From: Haliotis cracherodii | Taxonomy: Eukaryota | Direction: 5' to 3' | Assembly (NCBI RefSeq): GCF_022045235.1 | Contig: NW_027266267.1 | Location: forward strand, 26,908,001 to 26,943,536 | Length of the DNA: 35,536 nucleotides | Shown: piece by piece, positions 1-12,900 of the stretch | How the letters are laid out: each line of letters starts with the position of its first letter | How positions within the stretch are numbered: the first letter of the stretch is position 1 | Program-made: the position numbers and the translations under genes | Notes under the pieces: generated by a model | The model's input: only the letters and a program-made list of their open reading frames with translations | What the model was told of the DNA's origin: nothing | Databases searched by the model: none

Positions 1-218
1 TCAAAGCCGTGTCATTGGTCCTGCGTTTGACTGACTCACGTTTACTACAGAATTTGCACAAATGTATTTAAAGTTATGCATTTGTGAAATAATCAAATAA
101 ATGAAGTGTCCCTTTCGCCTGAGGATTTACAACACAAAAGTTTTGGTACAGCACGCTATGTCTCAATTGTTATTGTACCGATCATCCATGTGATGAGGTC
201 ATGAGATCTGCGACATGA

Positions 219-3200
219 AATATAGACTCACACAATTCCTGCATCGCTTTACCATGGAGACGTTACCGATGCCACATTAAACATAGACTCACACACTTCC
301 TGCATCGCTTTACGGCTGATATATTGTCGATGCCATATTAAATATAGACTCACAAACTTCCTGCACCTCTACACGGCTGATATATTCCCGATGCTACATC
401 AAATATAGACTCACAAACTTCCTGCATCGCTTTACGGCTGATATATTGCCGATGCCACATTTAATATAGACTCAAACACTTCCTGCACCTCTTTACGGCT
501 GATATATTGTCGATGCCACATTTAATATAGACTCACACACTTTCTGTATCGCTTTACGGCTGATATATTGTCGATGCCACATTAAACATAGACTCACACA
601 CTTCCTGCATCGCTTTACGGCTGATATATTGCCGATGCCACATTAAACATAGACTCACACACTTCCTGCATCGCTTTACGGCTGATATATTGTCGATGCC
701 ACATTAAACATAGACTCACACACTTCCTGCACCTCTTGACGGCTGATATATTGCCGATGCCACATTAAACATAGACTCACACACTTCCTGCATCGCTTTA
801 CGGCTGATATATTGTCGATGCTATATCAAATATAGACTCATACACTTCCTGTATCGCTTTACGGCTGATATATTGTCGATGCCACATTAAATACAGACTC
901 ACACACTTCCTGGACCTCTTTACGGCTGATATATTGCCGATGCCACATTAAACATAGACTCACACACTTCCTGCATCGCTTTACGGCTGATATATTGTCG
1001 ATGCCACATTAAACATAGACTCACACACACTTCCTGCATCGCTTTACTGCTGATATATTGCCGATGCCCCATTAAACATAGACTCACACACTTCCTGCAT
1101 CGCTTTAGGGCTGATATATTGTCGATGCTTTATTAAATATAGACTCACACACTTCCTGCATCGCTTTACGGCTGATATATTGTCGATGCCACAATTAATA
1201 TAGACTCACACACTTCCTGCACCTCTTTACGGCTGATATATTGTCGATGCCATATTAAATATAGACTCACACACTTCCTGCATCGCTTTACGGCTGATAT
1301 ATTGTCGATGCCACATTTAATATAGACTCACACACTTCCTGCATCGCTTTACGGCTGAAATATTGTCGATGCCACATTAAACATAGACTCACACACTTCC
1401 TGCATCGCTTTACGGCTGATATATTGTCGATGCCATATTAAACATAGACTCACACACTTCCTGCATCGCTTTACGGCTGATATATTGTCGATGCCACATT
1501 AAACATAGACTCACACACTTCCTGCACCGATTTACGGCTGATATATTGCCGATGCCACATTAAACATAGACTCACACACTTCCTGCATCGCTTTAGGGCT
1601 GATATATTGTCGATGCCACATTAAACATAGACTCACACACACTTCCTGCATCGCTTTACGGCTGATATATTGCCGATGCCACATTAAACATAGACTCACA
1701 CACTTCCTGCATCGCTTTAGGGCTGATATATTGTCGATGCTTTATTAAATATAGACTCACACACTTCCTGCATCGCTTTACGGCTGATATATTGTCGATG
1801 CCACAATTAATATAGACTCACACACTTCCTGCACCTCTTTACGGCTGATATATTGTCGATGCCACATTTCGCTTTACTGCTGATATATTGCTGATGCCAC
1901 ATTAAATATAGACTCACACACTTCCTGCATCGCTTTACTGCTGATATATTGCCGATGCCACATTAAACACAGACTCACACACTTCCTGCACCTCTTGACG
2001 GCTGATATATTGCCGATGCCCCATTTAATATAGACTCACACACTTCCTGCATCGCTTTACGGCTGATATATTGTCGATGCTATATTAAATATAGACTCAC
2101 ACACTTCCTGCACCTCTTTACGGCTGATATATTGCCGATGCCACATTTAATATAGACTCACACACTTCCTGCACCTCTTTACGGCTGATATATTGCCGAT
2201 GCCACATTAAACATAGACTCACACACTTCCTGCACCTCTTTACGGCTGATATATTGCCGATGCCACATTAAACATAGACTCACACACCTCCTGCACCTCT
2301 TTACGGCGGATATATTGTCGATGCCACATTAAATATAGACTCACAAACTTTCTGCACCTCTTTACGGCTGATATATTGCCGATGCCATATTACATATAAA
2401 CTCACACACTTCCGGCACCTCTAAACGGCTTAAATATTGGTGATGCCACATTAAATATAGGCTCACAAACTTCCTACACCTCTAAACGGCTTATATATTG
2501 GTGATGCCACATTAAATATAGGCTCACAAACTTCCTACACCTCTAAACGGCTGATGTATTGCCGATGCCACATTAAATATAGACTCACACACTTCCTGCA
2601 CCTCTTTACGGCTGATATATTGCCGATGCCACATTAAATATAGACACACACTTTCTGCACCTCTTTACGGCTGATATATTTCCGATGCCCCATTAAACAT
2701 AGACTCACACACACTTCCTGCATCGCTTTACGGCTGATATATTGCCGATGCCACATTAAATATAGACTCACAAACTTCCTGCACCGCTTTACGGCTGATA
2801 TATTGCCGATGCCACATTAAACATAGACTCACACACTTCCTGCATCGCTTTAGGGCTGATATATTGTCGATGCTATATCAAATATAGACTCACACACTTC
2901 CTGTATCGCTTTACGGCTGATATATTGTCGATGCCACATTAAATACAGACTCACACACTTCCTGCACCTCTTTACTGCTGATATATTGCCGATGCCACAT
3001 TAAACATAGACTCACACACTTCCTGCATCGCTTTACGGCTGATATATTGTCGATGCCACATTAAACATAGACTCACACACACTTCCTGCATCGCTTTACG
3101 GCTGATATATTGCCGATGCCACATTAAACATAGACTCACACACTTCCTGTATCGCTTTACGGCTGATATATTGTCGATGCCACATTAAATACAGACTCAC

Positions 3201-4627
3201 ACACTTCCTGCACCTCTTTACTGCTGATATATTGTCGATGCCACATTAAACATAGACTCACACACTTCCTGCATCGCTTTACGGCTGATATATTGTCGAT
3301 GCTTTATTAAATATAGACTCACACACTTCCTGCATCGCTTTACTGCTGATATATTGTCGATGCCACATTTAATATAGACTCACACACTTCCTGCATCGCT
3401 CTACGGCTGATATATTGTCGATGCTTTATTAAATATAGACTCACACACTTCCTGCATCGCTTTACGGCTGATATATTGTCGATGCCACATTTAATATAGA
3501 CTCACACACTTCCTGCATCGCTTTACTGCTGATATATTGCCGATGCCACATTAAATATAGACTCACACATTTTCTGCATCGCTTTACTGCTGATATATTG
3601 CAGATGCCATATTACATATAAACTCACACACTTCCGGCACCTCTAAACGGCTTAAATATTGGTGATGCCACATTAAATATAGGCTCACAAACTTCCTACA
3701 CCTCTAAACGGCTTATATATTGGTGATGCCACATTAAATATAGGCTCACAAACTTCCTACACCTCTAAACGGCTGATGTATTGCCGATGCCACATTAAAT
3801 ATAGACACACACTCTCTGCACCTCTTTACGGCTGATATATTTCCGATGCCCCATTAAACATAGACTCACACACACTTCCTGCATCGCTTTACGGCTGATA
3901 TATTGCCGATGCCACATTAAACATAGACTCACACACACTTCCTGCATCGCTTTACGGCTGATATATTGCCGATGCCACATTAAATATAGACTCACAAACT
4001 TCCTGCACCTCTATACGGCTGATATATTGCCGATGCCCCATTAAATATAGACTCACACACTTCCTGCACCTCTATACGGCTGATATATTTCCGATGCCAC
4101 ATTAAATATAGACTCACACACTGCCTGCATCGCTTTACGGCTGATATATTGCCGATGCCACATTTAATATAGACTCACACACTTCCTGCATCGCTTTACT
4201 GCTGATATATTGTCGATGCCACATTAAACATAGACTCACACACTTCCTGCATCGCTTTACGGCTGATATATTGTCGATGCCACATTAAACATAGACTCAC
4301 TCACCTCCTGCACCTCTTTACGGCGGATATATTGTCGATGCCACATTAAATATAGACTCACAAACTTTCTGCACCTCTATACGGCTGATATATTTCCGAT
4401 GCCATATCACACATAAACTCACACACTTCCTGCACCTCTAAACGGCTTATATATTGGTGATGCCACATTAAATATAGGCTCACAAACTTCCTACACCTCT
4501 AAACGGCTGATGTATTGCCGATGCCACATTAAATATAGACTCACACACTTCCTGCACCTCTAAACGGCTGATATATTGCTGATGCCACATTAAATATAGA
4601 CTCACAAAATTCCTGTATCGCTTTAGG
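219..4627. repeat. 61-bp tandem satellite, ~72 copies
   Basis: Unit ~AAACATAGACTCACACACTTCCTGCATCGCTTTACGGCTGATATATTGTCGATGCCACATT; the register shifts 1 nt per 60-nt line; variant units recur in blocks; no unique spacers. Confidence 0.97.
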
Positions 4628-4668
4628 CTGAGATGAAGAAGTTGTTTGTGTTCTTTGTTTTACTTCAG

Positions 4669-4748
4669 GATTTCCGAAACTTACTCTGAAAGGAGCTGTA
4701 ATTACGCTGACGTTTGTTTTTTACTCTTGCATTCGTAAATGCAATAAA
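4669..4748 (+). other. Possible terminal exon of a plus-strand gene starting left of the window
   Basis: Pyrimidine tract + CAG acceptor (ttctttgttttacttcag, ending 4668), short ORF (e.g. DFRNLL*), AATAAA at 4743-4748. No upstream exon identified. Confidence 0.3.
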
Positions 4749-5149
4749 CATCCTTCTCCCTTGTCATATGTCACTCGAATTCCCTGATGATGCATCACAC
4801 TTTCGACTATTACGATAAATATATGTAAACATGTTAAATATGGTAGCAAGTCAAATTTGAAGCATAATATGCATTAGTGGCTCTTCTTAGGTGGGAATTA
4901 TAACATACCAAAGTGGGAGTGAGTAAGTAAAGGAATTCTGTATTTGAAGGTTATGGGAGTGTGCAGTAAGCATTCGGGAAACTGATCTCTGACGCGTGTT
5001 CCCTTCCTGTTCTATTGTGATACTTGTTAAAGAAAATAGAAGGGGAAATCGGCCACCACAATCTGCATAGGATTTATGAAGCTGGTGTTCTGTTCTGGTG
5101 ACTGTCGGACCCGAAGGCAGTTCTTTGTTACCTACATGTGTACCTTGTT

Positions 5150-5345
5150 TTCAGCAACCCAGGCTTGTCGCAAGAGGCGACTAACGGGATCGGGTGGTCA
5201 GACTCCCTGACTTGGTTGATGCATGTCATCGTATCCCAGTTGCGTTAATCTATGCTCATGCTGTGAGTCACTGGATTGTCTCGTTCAAATTCGACTATTT
5301 CCCCACCGCTCTCATAGAGCTGTCTTATTGCTGTGTGCGGCGGGA
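5150..5345 (+). mobile_element. SINE-like family A copy (diverged)
   Basis: cagcaacccaggcttgtcgcaagaggcgactaacgggatcgggtggtcag... matches copies at 20039-20575, 34278-34466 and 35060-35315. Confidence 0.8.
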
Positions 5346-5807
5346 TATTGAGGGATAAACCTTTTGTTTGTCATGATATTTCCTTTACAACTACGTATTG
5401 GTGACATTTGTTCGGCAAGTATTTTCCTGAATATGTCATTAAGAGTAGTACAAATTTGATACGAGTCCTGGTTTGTGTGTTTGTATTCTACTTCCTTTAA
5501 ATATCAAATGGCTGGATTTCAACTGATCCCTTCATTCAAATGCTTCACCTGCACGTGCGGATACATCTCGGCAAACCGTCCATGTGTTAACGGTCCTACG
5601 TTAAATATGCGTTCATTGTACTAATTTAGACATGATTTGAAAAAAATACGTTGTGTTATTCCGAGTATATATGCATGAATTCTAAGAATAATTATTTACA
5701 TAGTTTTGTACACTTGTGAATGAAAATTACATGGCTTCTTGGTAATAACGTTTCGAGCTTATCTTTGTTAATTTCATATTATGAATGCCATGGTTAAAAG
5801 TTAGAGG

Positions 5808-5900
5808 CGAAGTGAAATCGGGATTAACGTCGCGCAAGTTTATTGCACTTGTAAGCGACATCGAAGCATGTGTCACTTGGTGTGTGTGTCTGCTTGGCTC
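5808..5900 (-). mobile_element. 3' fragment of SINE family D
   Basis: gtgaaatcgggattaacgtcgcgcaag...ttgcact matches the tail of the copies at 9372-9727 and 19197-19525. Confidence 0.55.
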
Positions 5901-6896
5901 ACAGTGGACATCTCTTCCCGTCAGCCTCTAACGTGCACCCAGTATCACTGTGTTTAAATCTGGACTGAAATCGAGCCTTTTCGAACCCTACAACTGAATG
6001 TGTATATTTTCTATTATCTTAATGTCTCCTCTCTGCTGTATATATGTACACATACTGTCTTGGGCAATGTGCAAGCCCCTCAGTGGTAGCCTCAGTGTCA
6101 TAATTTACATTGTGGAAACAAGTCCAAGTCCTAAGTCTGTCTATGACTCAAATTAGTAGTACGTAGGGCATTATCCAAAGATTATTAAGATTTTCAAACA
6201 TAATATCTGTAAATGTGAACATTCTATCCATATATAAAAATGATAATATTATGATAAAAGTATTAATAATTGTATTTTATTCGGTTGTGGCATGGACAAA
6301 CAGCATTCCGATAGGGGATATATACATATTCGATTTCTGAACTGATCAAAGAGCCAAGGGCTCCATTGTGGAAATAAGTAATACCGAACATAGAGAATTC
6401 CTTGAAGTGTATGTCATCAGTAACACATTAGACAATTTAGGTTTGTACGTGTATAGCGAAGTAACCCTCACTTCATTGGTCATGTCATTTTGTTTATGAA
6501 TAACAAGAAATTGTTGTAGCTAATAAACAAGATATAGATGGATATATAATTATATATATATATAAAAGGAAAAGCATGTGATATAATTTGTCATATGTCT
6601 TACAAATTTGATTACACCACACATTTCAGCACCACTGAACTTCCACAGAATTGTTGTGGAAATGTGATGTCAACGAACAGCATAGACTGGGATATATCAA
6701 GGACAATTCAAGCAGATGGCATCAAAGTTAACAAGGCGACCATGCTAAGTATGTTTATGTACAAGCGAAACAACAGTCGTGAAGAAATATTTCATATTAA
6801 AAACACATGGGCTGCTTTAATAATCGGACAGTACCATGAAGAGATCCAGTTTTCTGATGGACTGTGGGAGCCTTGGTGTCCAGCATTGTGTCATCT

Positions 6897-6946
6897 TCAT
6901 GTCTTTCTAACCTCAGTGTAGACATCACCTGTGTCCACTATTTGCA
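6897..6946 (-). CDS. Gene 1 probable last coding exon (VQIVDTGDVYTEVRKT*)
   Basis: Acceptor ctgtttcag, phase 1, YxxV motif just before TGA (6899-6897); candidate minus-strand AATAAA at 6281-6276. Further small exons between 6947 and 9813 cannot be excluded. Confidence 0.6.
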
Positions 6947-9900
6947 CTGAAACAGTAGTCGTGACAGGTAATTAAAACATAATAAGAACAATTGCAAAAA
7001 GAGAAGAAGAAAATAAAGAAGAAAATGTTTTTAAAGAGTCTCACGGTACATGGGTGTTTTCTTTACCTTTTTTTTATACACGCGGAGCATGCACTGTCCT
7101 GCCAAACGGCCTATGAGACATGCTTCACAAGTAAAATACAAATTAAGACCAGAAAAATAGATAAGAGATATAAAAGTAAAATACAAATTAAGAGGGCAAA
7201 GTGCAAAGTTATAGATAACAGATATATACCGATACGTGTGCAGATTATTATAGGAAGACTCACTTTGGTTACATAGAACATTAATAGGAAAGTTGCGGCT
7301 AATGTTTAAACTAAGGCATCAGTTTGCATGAGAAATGACAACTAGTCACGTGAAGACGTGTAACATTTATATCAACAAGAGAGCTTTACGTGACAGATCA
7401 TACCCGAGGTCCGTGTAGAAATCACAAGATGCAACACAATGGACTTCCTCTTCGATGGCATTATTGTTATCGACACTTTCGATCCTGAGGGTCCTGAGGG
7501 TTTCTAATTTTGGGGAAATTTTCAACAATGAAGCTTACTTAAAATCCTTCTTTCAGATGAAACATTTCCGTGTCTTATACGGAGCGCCCTACTCCAATTA
7601 GCTTCCCCTAACTTCTACACCAATATGTCAGTAATCTTTGTAAGTGCCACGTACTGAGCTCGACACTATCCATGATAGTCCGTATTTTCTCGTGGATAGT
7701 ACACATTATCTTCAAAAAACACAGCAGAGTAGAAAGGTTATACATTTACCTGTTAGCTATTATTTTTTTGACGTTTGAACCAAATTTGTCGTTTTCCGCT
7801 CGAACACTGACCACAAATTGTGTGTATTGTGTACATGTTTTTCAATAAGCGTACCTTTTGGCAGGGCGATTATTATAGCAAATACGGTATGAATATCTTG
7901 GAAGATTGCTGGGAAATGTATTATTGCTGTCAACGATTACTCTCGCCCTTGGTTTTGCTGTAGTATTGAGAAACCTTTATTTAATTTATTTAGATGTTTC
8001 GGGATGTAGAATGAGCCTACCTGCTTCATGTGCATTGCTCTGTTCGTATATCACGTTCTCTTGCATGACTGAAACACAACACAAGAAATCACGTATCTTA
8101 TCTTGAATGATTCAGCTTTACCGAGATGCTAAAATCACACGAGGTCAATGAAAAAGTCTCTTTCATAAATAAACAATATTTTCAATATTGTAAAACAATG
8201 TATGGTCGTTCTCCTGCATGACCGAACCAGGAAAGGTGATGTCGGAAAAGATATGGATATAGCACACGAGGATAGTATTGTGACCAGTGACTATGTTCGT
8301 AATCTATTTATTTGCAATTTACGTCCAGGATTTTTTGTAGCAGTCATTTAGAATTTTGTGTCATCTACTGACATGTTGTTAACACCGCCAACCCTTATAT
8401 CATTAATTCATATAAAATTAACAATTATGTATAACAAAGCAAATATAAGTGTTAATGTAACTGGAGACATCGGAAATAATAAACACTGATATGTAACGAA
8501 CCTGATCTAATCAATAGGGAGTAAATGAACGTTATTGTTAATGTAACTGGAGACATCGGAAATAATAAACAATGATATGTAACGAACCTGGTCTAATCAA
8601 TAGGGAGTAAATGACCGTTATTGCTGATGTAACTTGAGACATCGGAAATAATAAACACTGATATGTAACGAACCTGATCTAATCAATAGGGAGTAAATGA
8701 ACGTTATTGTTAATGTAACTGGAGACATCGGAAATAATAAACAATGATATGTAACGAACCTGATCTAATCAATAGGGAGTAAATGACCGTTATTGTTGAT
8801 GTAACTGGAGACATCGGAAATAATAAACAATGATATGTAACGAACCTGATCTAATCAATAGGGAGTAAATGACCGTTGTTGTTAATGTAACTGGAGACAT
8901 CGGAAATAATAAACAATGATATGTAACGAACCTGATCTAATCAAAAGGGAGTAAATGAACGTTATTGTTGATGTAACAGAAGACTTATGATATGTAACGA
9001 ACTGATCGTTTGTGTCACTCGGGGTGCATTACATTCGAAATAAATACAGTCATGACCAATTACAAGTTTGTAAAACATGAAGACGTGAATATGTCTCAGT
9101 ATAAGAAGACCTGTATTGTTCTAATGGCGCTTGAAGATTATTATAGGGAGACTAATTTCGGTTATGCTAGAACATTAATGACATTAATTGTTGCGGCTAA
9201 TGTTTTAACTAAGGCATCAGTTTGCATGTGACGTGACGTTCTTATGACATTTCAGTGTTGCTTCGTGCGCCTTCAGTGGATTAATTAACTGAACTACTAT
9301 ATCAATATTTACATGCAGGCACAACAATTCGCATATGACAGGATTAAACAAAGATTTCATGATAATGATGAGGTGAGGTAAGGTGAGGTGAAATGGGGTT
9401 TAACGTCGCGTCCAATATTATTGCACTTATATAGCGACGTGCTTGCACGTGTATATGTGTGTTTGTGACTGCTTGTACTAGTCCGGACTGATGCCGATTT
9501 ATAGTGCTAGCACACTGAGATACCATGCCGCAGTTTAACCCCACTCAGACACAGTATACTGACTCCGAGCCGACCAGTCCTTGTTTTAGCCCCTTAATGC
9601 CGAGCGCCAGACAGGGTAACAACAAGTACCATCTTTTAAGGTCTTTTGGTATGACACGGCTGGGGATCGAACCCTGGACCTTCCGCTTTCCGGGCGGACG
9701 CTCTACCATTAGACCACGGAGGCGGTCTGATAATGATGATGTCCAGATTGAGCAATGAAGGAGTTTGGAGAACGGAGTGATGTACTGACATAACTGATCA
9801 TGAGATCACCAACCTAATGCAGATCTCCTCGACACAGCATCGTCGACAGTAGGAACAGTCACGTCGTAGGCATTGTTACCACTGGATGTTTCATACAGGT

Positions 9901-12900
9901 CGTTGTCCTGTATAACTGCAACATGTATGAGAGACAAAGTGTTTTAGAGATTCCCAGGTAAGCTAATCCTACAGATCAAATACAATAATTTGAACTTTAT
10001 ACTTCATTGGTTTTACTTTGAACGATTCATCATAGGATTCTAAAAAAGAAATCAGGCATACGATTTGTAGTTTGTTGAAATGTTTAATGAATATCAGCAG
10101 ATTACTTGTATTCGCATTTCATTTAAACATTTAAGTGCTTGATCTTACCTAAACTTAAATCACTCCTTCTTGTGTTCTCGTCATTGCTTCGAATGAAACA
10201 AAAATTAGTATTGATGGCTGTATAGTTTATATCATTCTGTGTTTCCAGTTCTAAGCATGGATTTTGCAATTCATTACGCATGCTGAAAAATACGTTTTTT
10301 GTATCTATAGATGCATTTATTCTTATGTTTAGAGGTTCTTTAAAATGGGAAATGATTTTATGTGTCTGACACACATGTAATATGCTATTTATCTAAGACA
10401 TAGTGTAGCTTCTGTACCTGTTATTATGTGTTGCTGTTCCTGAATCAGACAAATATATACAGTCAATCGTTGCCATGAGACAAACAAATGCATACACAGA
10501 AAATGTATATATTTTTACTTGGAAGTGGACAACATTTGACTGATAAAACTCTCAGTTAAAACAAGTTTAAATGTTGTCCTATAATAGTTTGGATAAAAGG
10601 CAAACAGCAGATGAGGAAGTGTGTTCAACAAACACTTGGGAATTCCTACAAATTGAATGATTTTGTTATGTGTCGACATGCCCAGTAATAGTATTAAACC
10701 TAGTTTTAATGTTATCAATATATTCCTGAGCACTAAGTGTAACTATTTCTTGGAAAACAGGAAGATAACACGGAATTGTTTTGAAATGTGATAAGTATGT
10801 CACCGTTCACACACGACCTCCGACGACTGCGTTTTCTGAGTGTTATGATGAGGCCAGCCATCGCTCCAGCCAACAGGACACACACCACGCTTACACTCAC
10901 GGAAACTAGGAAGTTGAATGTCGATGAGATGGTTGGATCTGCAGAGTAAGTTACATGCTTCCTTGTATTAGCAACACCATACACATGTTGTAACACTCAA
11001 CCAAGAAACAGGAGATGTGTTTTGAAAACAGAGGAGACTTGAAGCAAAATAGTGTATACTTATATTAGTACAGTTTCCTGCTGTATCCGCTTCATTTCTA
11101 TAAGATCATTTGCATTTATTATTAGGAATGTACAGTTTTACGACCTATTTACTATTTTTTATCTTTTTCCGATCTGGGCAGAAGAGAGGATATTCACAAC
11201 GTTTGTTTGGGCTAAATAACAATGGCTCTATTGAGGAGGTGGTTCATTTTCATTTGCCTGTTGTACGCATCATTAAGACAAAAGCATTTAGATTTTATAT
11301 CAATCCATGTGTTTATATCTTCAGCATTCTCTTAAATAGCAAACATTACAAATATGTTTGTAACATAGTAACGTTTGTAAAGGAAGCTCTGTTCCTACGT
11401 ACACAGACGAATAGTATACCTAGGTATTGTTTTCAATGTCAATTGTCTCATTTGTGTGTTACTGAATACAACTGAAATGTACATGGGCCCATGGCTTCCC
11501 ATAAATGAAAAAAGCATTCAATGTAATGGCACATTTTCACATTTCACATACTCAATACATTTCGACATTTCGCGCTTCTGAATGTGAGGCTTTAACGTCA
11601 TTTTGAAATGTATTTCAGATGTACCATTGATGAGTAAATAAGTGCTGTTAACATTGTGTATGTTTGCCAACACGTTAACCAAGGAAGCATCCATAAGTGA
11701 CAATGACCATGGACCTACATTGTATGCCACTTTGGTGAAATCTGAGGAGGCGGAGATAGTGCTAACAGACCAAGGACTTTTATCAATGTGAATCATCTGA
11801 CCTAAGGTAGGCCAAGGAAGTGAGAAAGTCCGCATGTGTCTTTATACAACTGGAAGTATCATGTCGGGGTGAAGTTTGTACTATTATTTATCTTCTATTC
11901 ATCACATCAAACGGCATGTGGTATATGGTATACATATTACCTGCAAATTCCAGTTGTATTGAGTACGATGTAGTACAACCCAAATCATTGCATGTCTTGA
12001 CGGAATAGTTCCCACTCTCGAGGTAGGTTACATTGTTCAGAGTAATATTGACCATGTATCCCTCTCTCATCAGCTTGACAGTGTGCATCAGAAGAGTAAG
12101 GTCAACACTGTTGTTACAGCTGGGGATGTTCTGTACAACAACGTCGTTGTGGAAAATAGTGTGATTTTCAACAACGGAACTGGAGATATATTGGAATGTG
12201 AGAGTGACATCTTGACCTGGGGATGTTGTTTTAGTCCTTCGACCTTGTGACTTGAATACTGGGGGGCCTATGAGGTATATAAAAATTTAAACATGAGTAT
12301 CAGTTAAATATTACTATACACACGTGCATGAATGGAAAATCAATTGTCATGGGGTTTTTTTTATGTTGAAAGTTGTGTATCATCAATGATGCAATATGGC
12401 GAGCGAAAGTCATTAAGAATTGTGATCCCCGTGGACCCAGACAACTGCCTGACATTCTCCAGGCATTATCCAGATGAGGGGTTTGATGGCCCTTAGGATC
12501 CGGAGCGAATAATCAGACAACTTAGTCAAAATGGTGCAATATTATGACTGTGGCATTTGTCGCTTTTATTTCAACTCTATTGTAATGCTTTAAACGCCAA
12601 CAAGGATGTTACACTGATGAAAACAGAGCAGCATTCATGACATACATTTAATGCTAGATGCTGGAATACATTTAAGCCCCAAAGAAGAAAAAAAGTGTCT
12701 ACCGTGTATTAGTAGCTCCATAGATCCAGATAGGAACACCTTCCCTTCACGTGGAACCACGGCTGTCACGTTGCAGGTGTAGGTGCCCTCATCTTCGTAC
12801 GTTATCCCAGTCACGTTATATTGGTGCAGTGCAGAAAAAGGACCCTTGACTTTCCTTATGAACTTGGCCTTCCAGTGCTGATTCCAGGTCATGTCCGTGA

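Noticed and set aside
219-4627. CRISPR array, or coding repeat (ORF 3795-3995)
   Set aside because: Units are contiguous with no unique spacers, there are no cas genes and the context is eukaryotic. 61 is not a multiple of 3; the ORF arises from a few 63-bp variants.
6595-7276. Plus-strand ORFs of 108 and 94 aa
   Set aside because: No recognisable domain; antisense to gene 1's last exon, UTR and intron.
8451-9005. CRISPR-like or repeated-exon array
   Set aside because: Whole 86-bp units are near-identical, with no spacers and no consistent open frame.
9640-9727. Functional tRNA genes (also 20158-20270 and 33250-33320)
   Set aside because: A/B boxes are followed by SINE bodies, tails and TSDs, so these are tRNA-derived heads.
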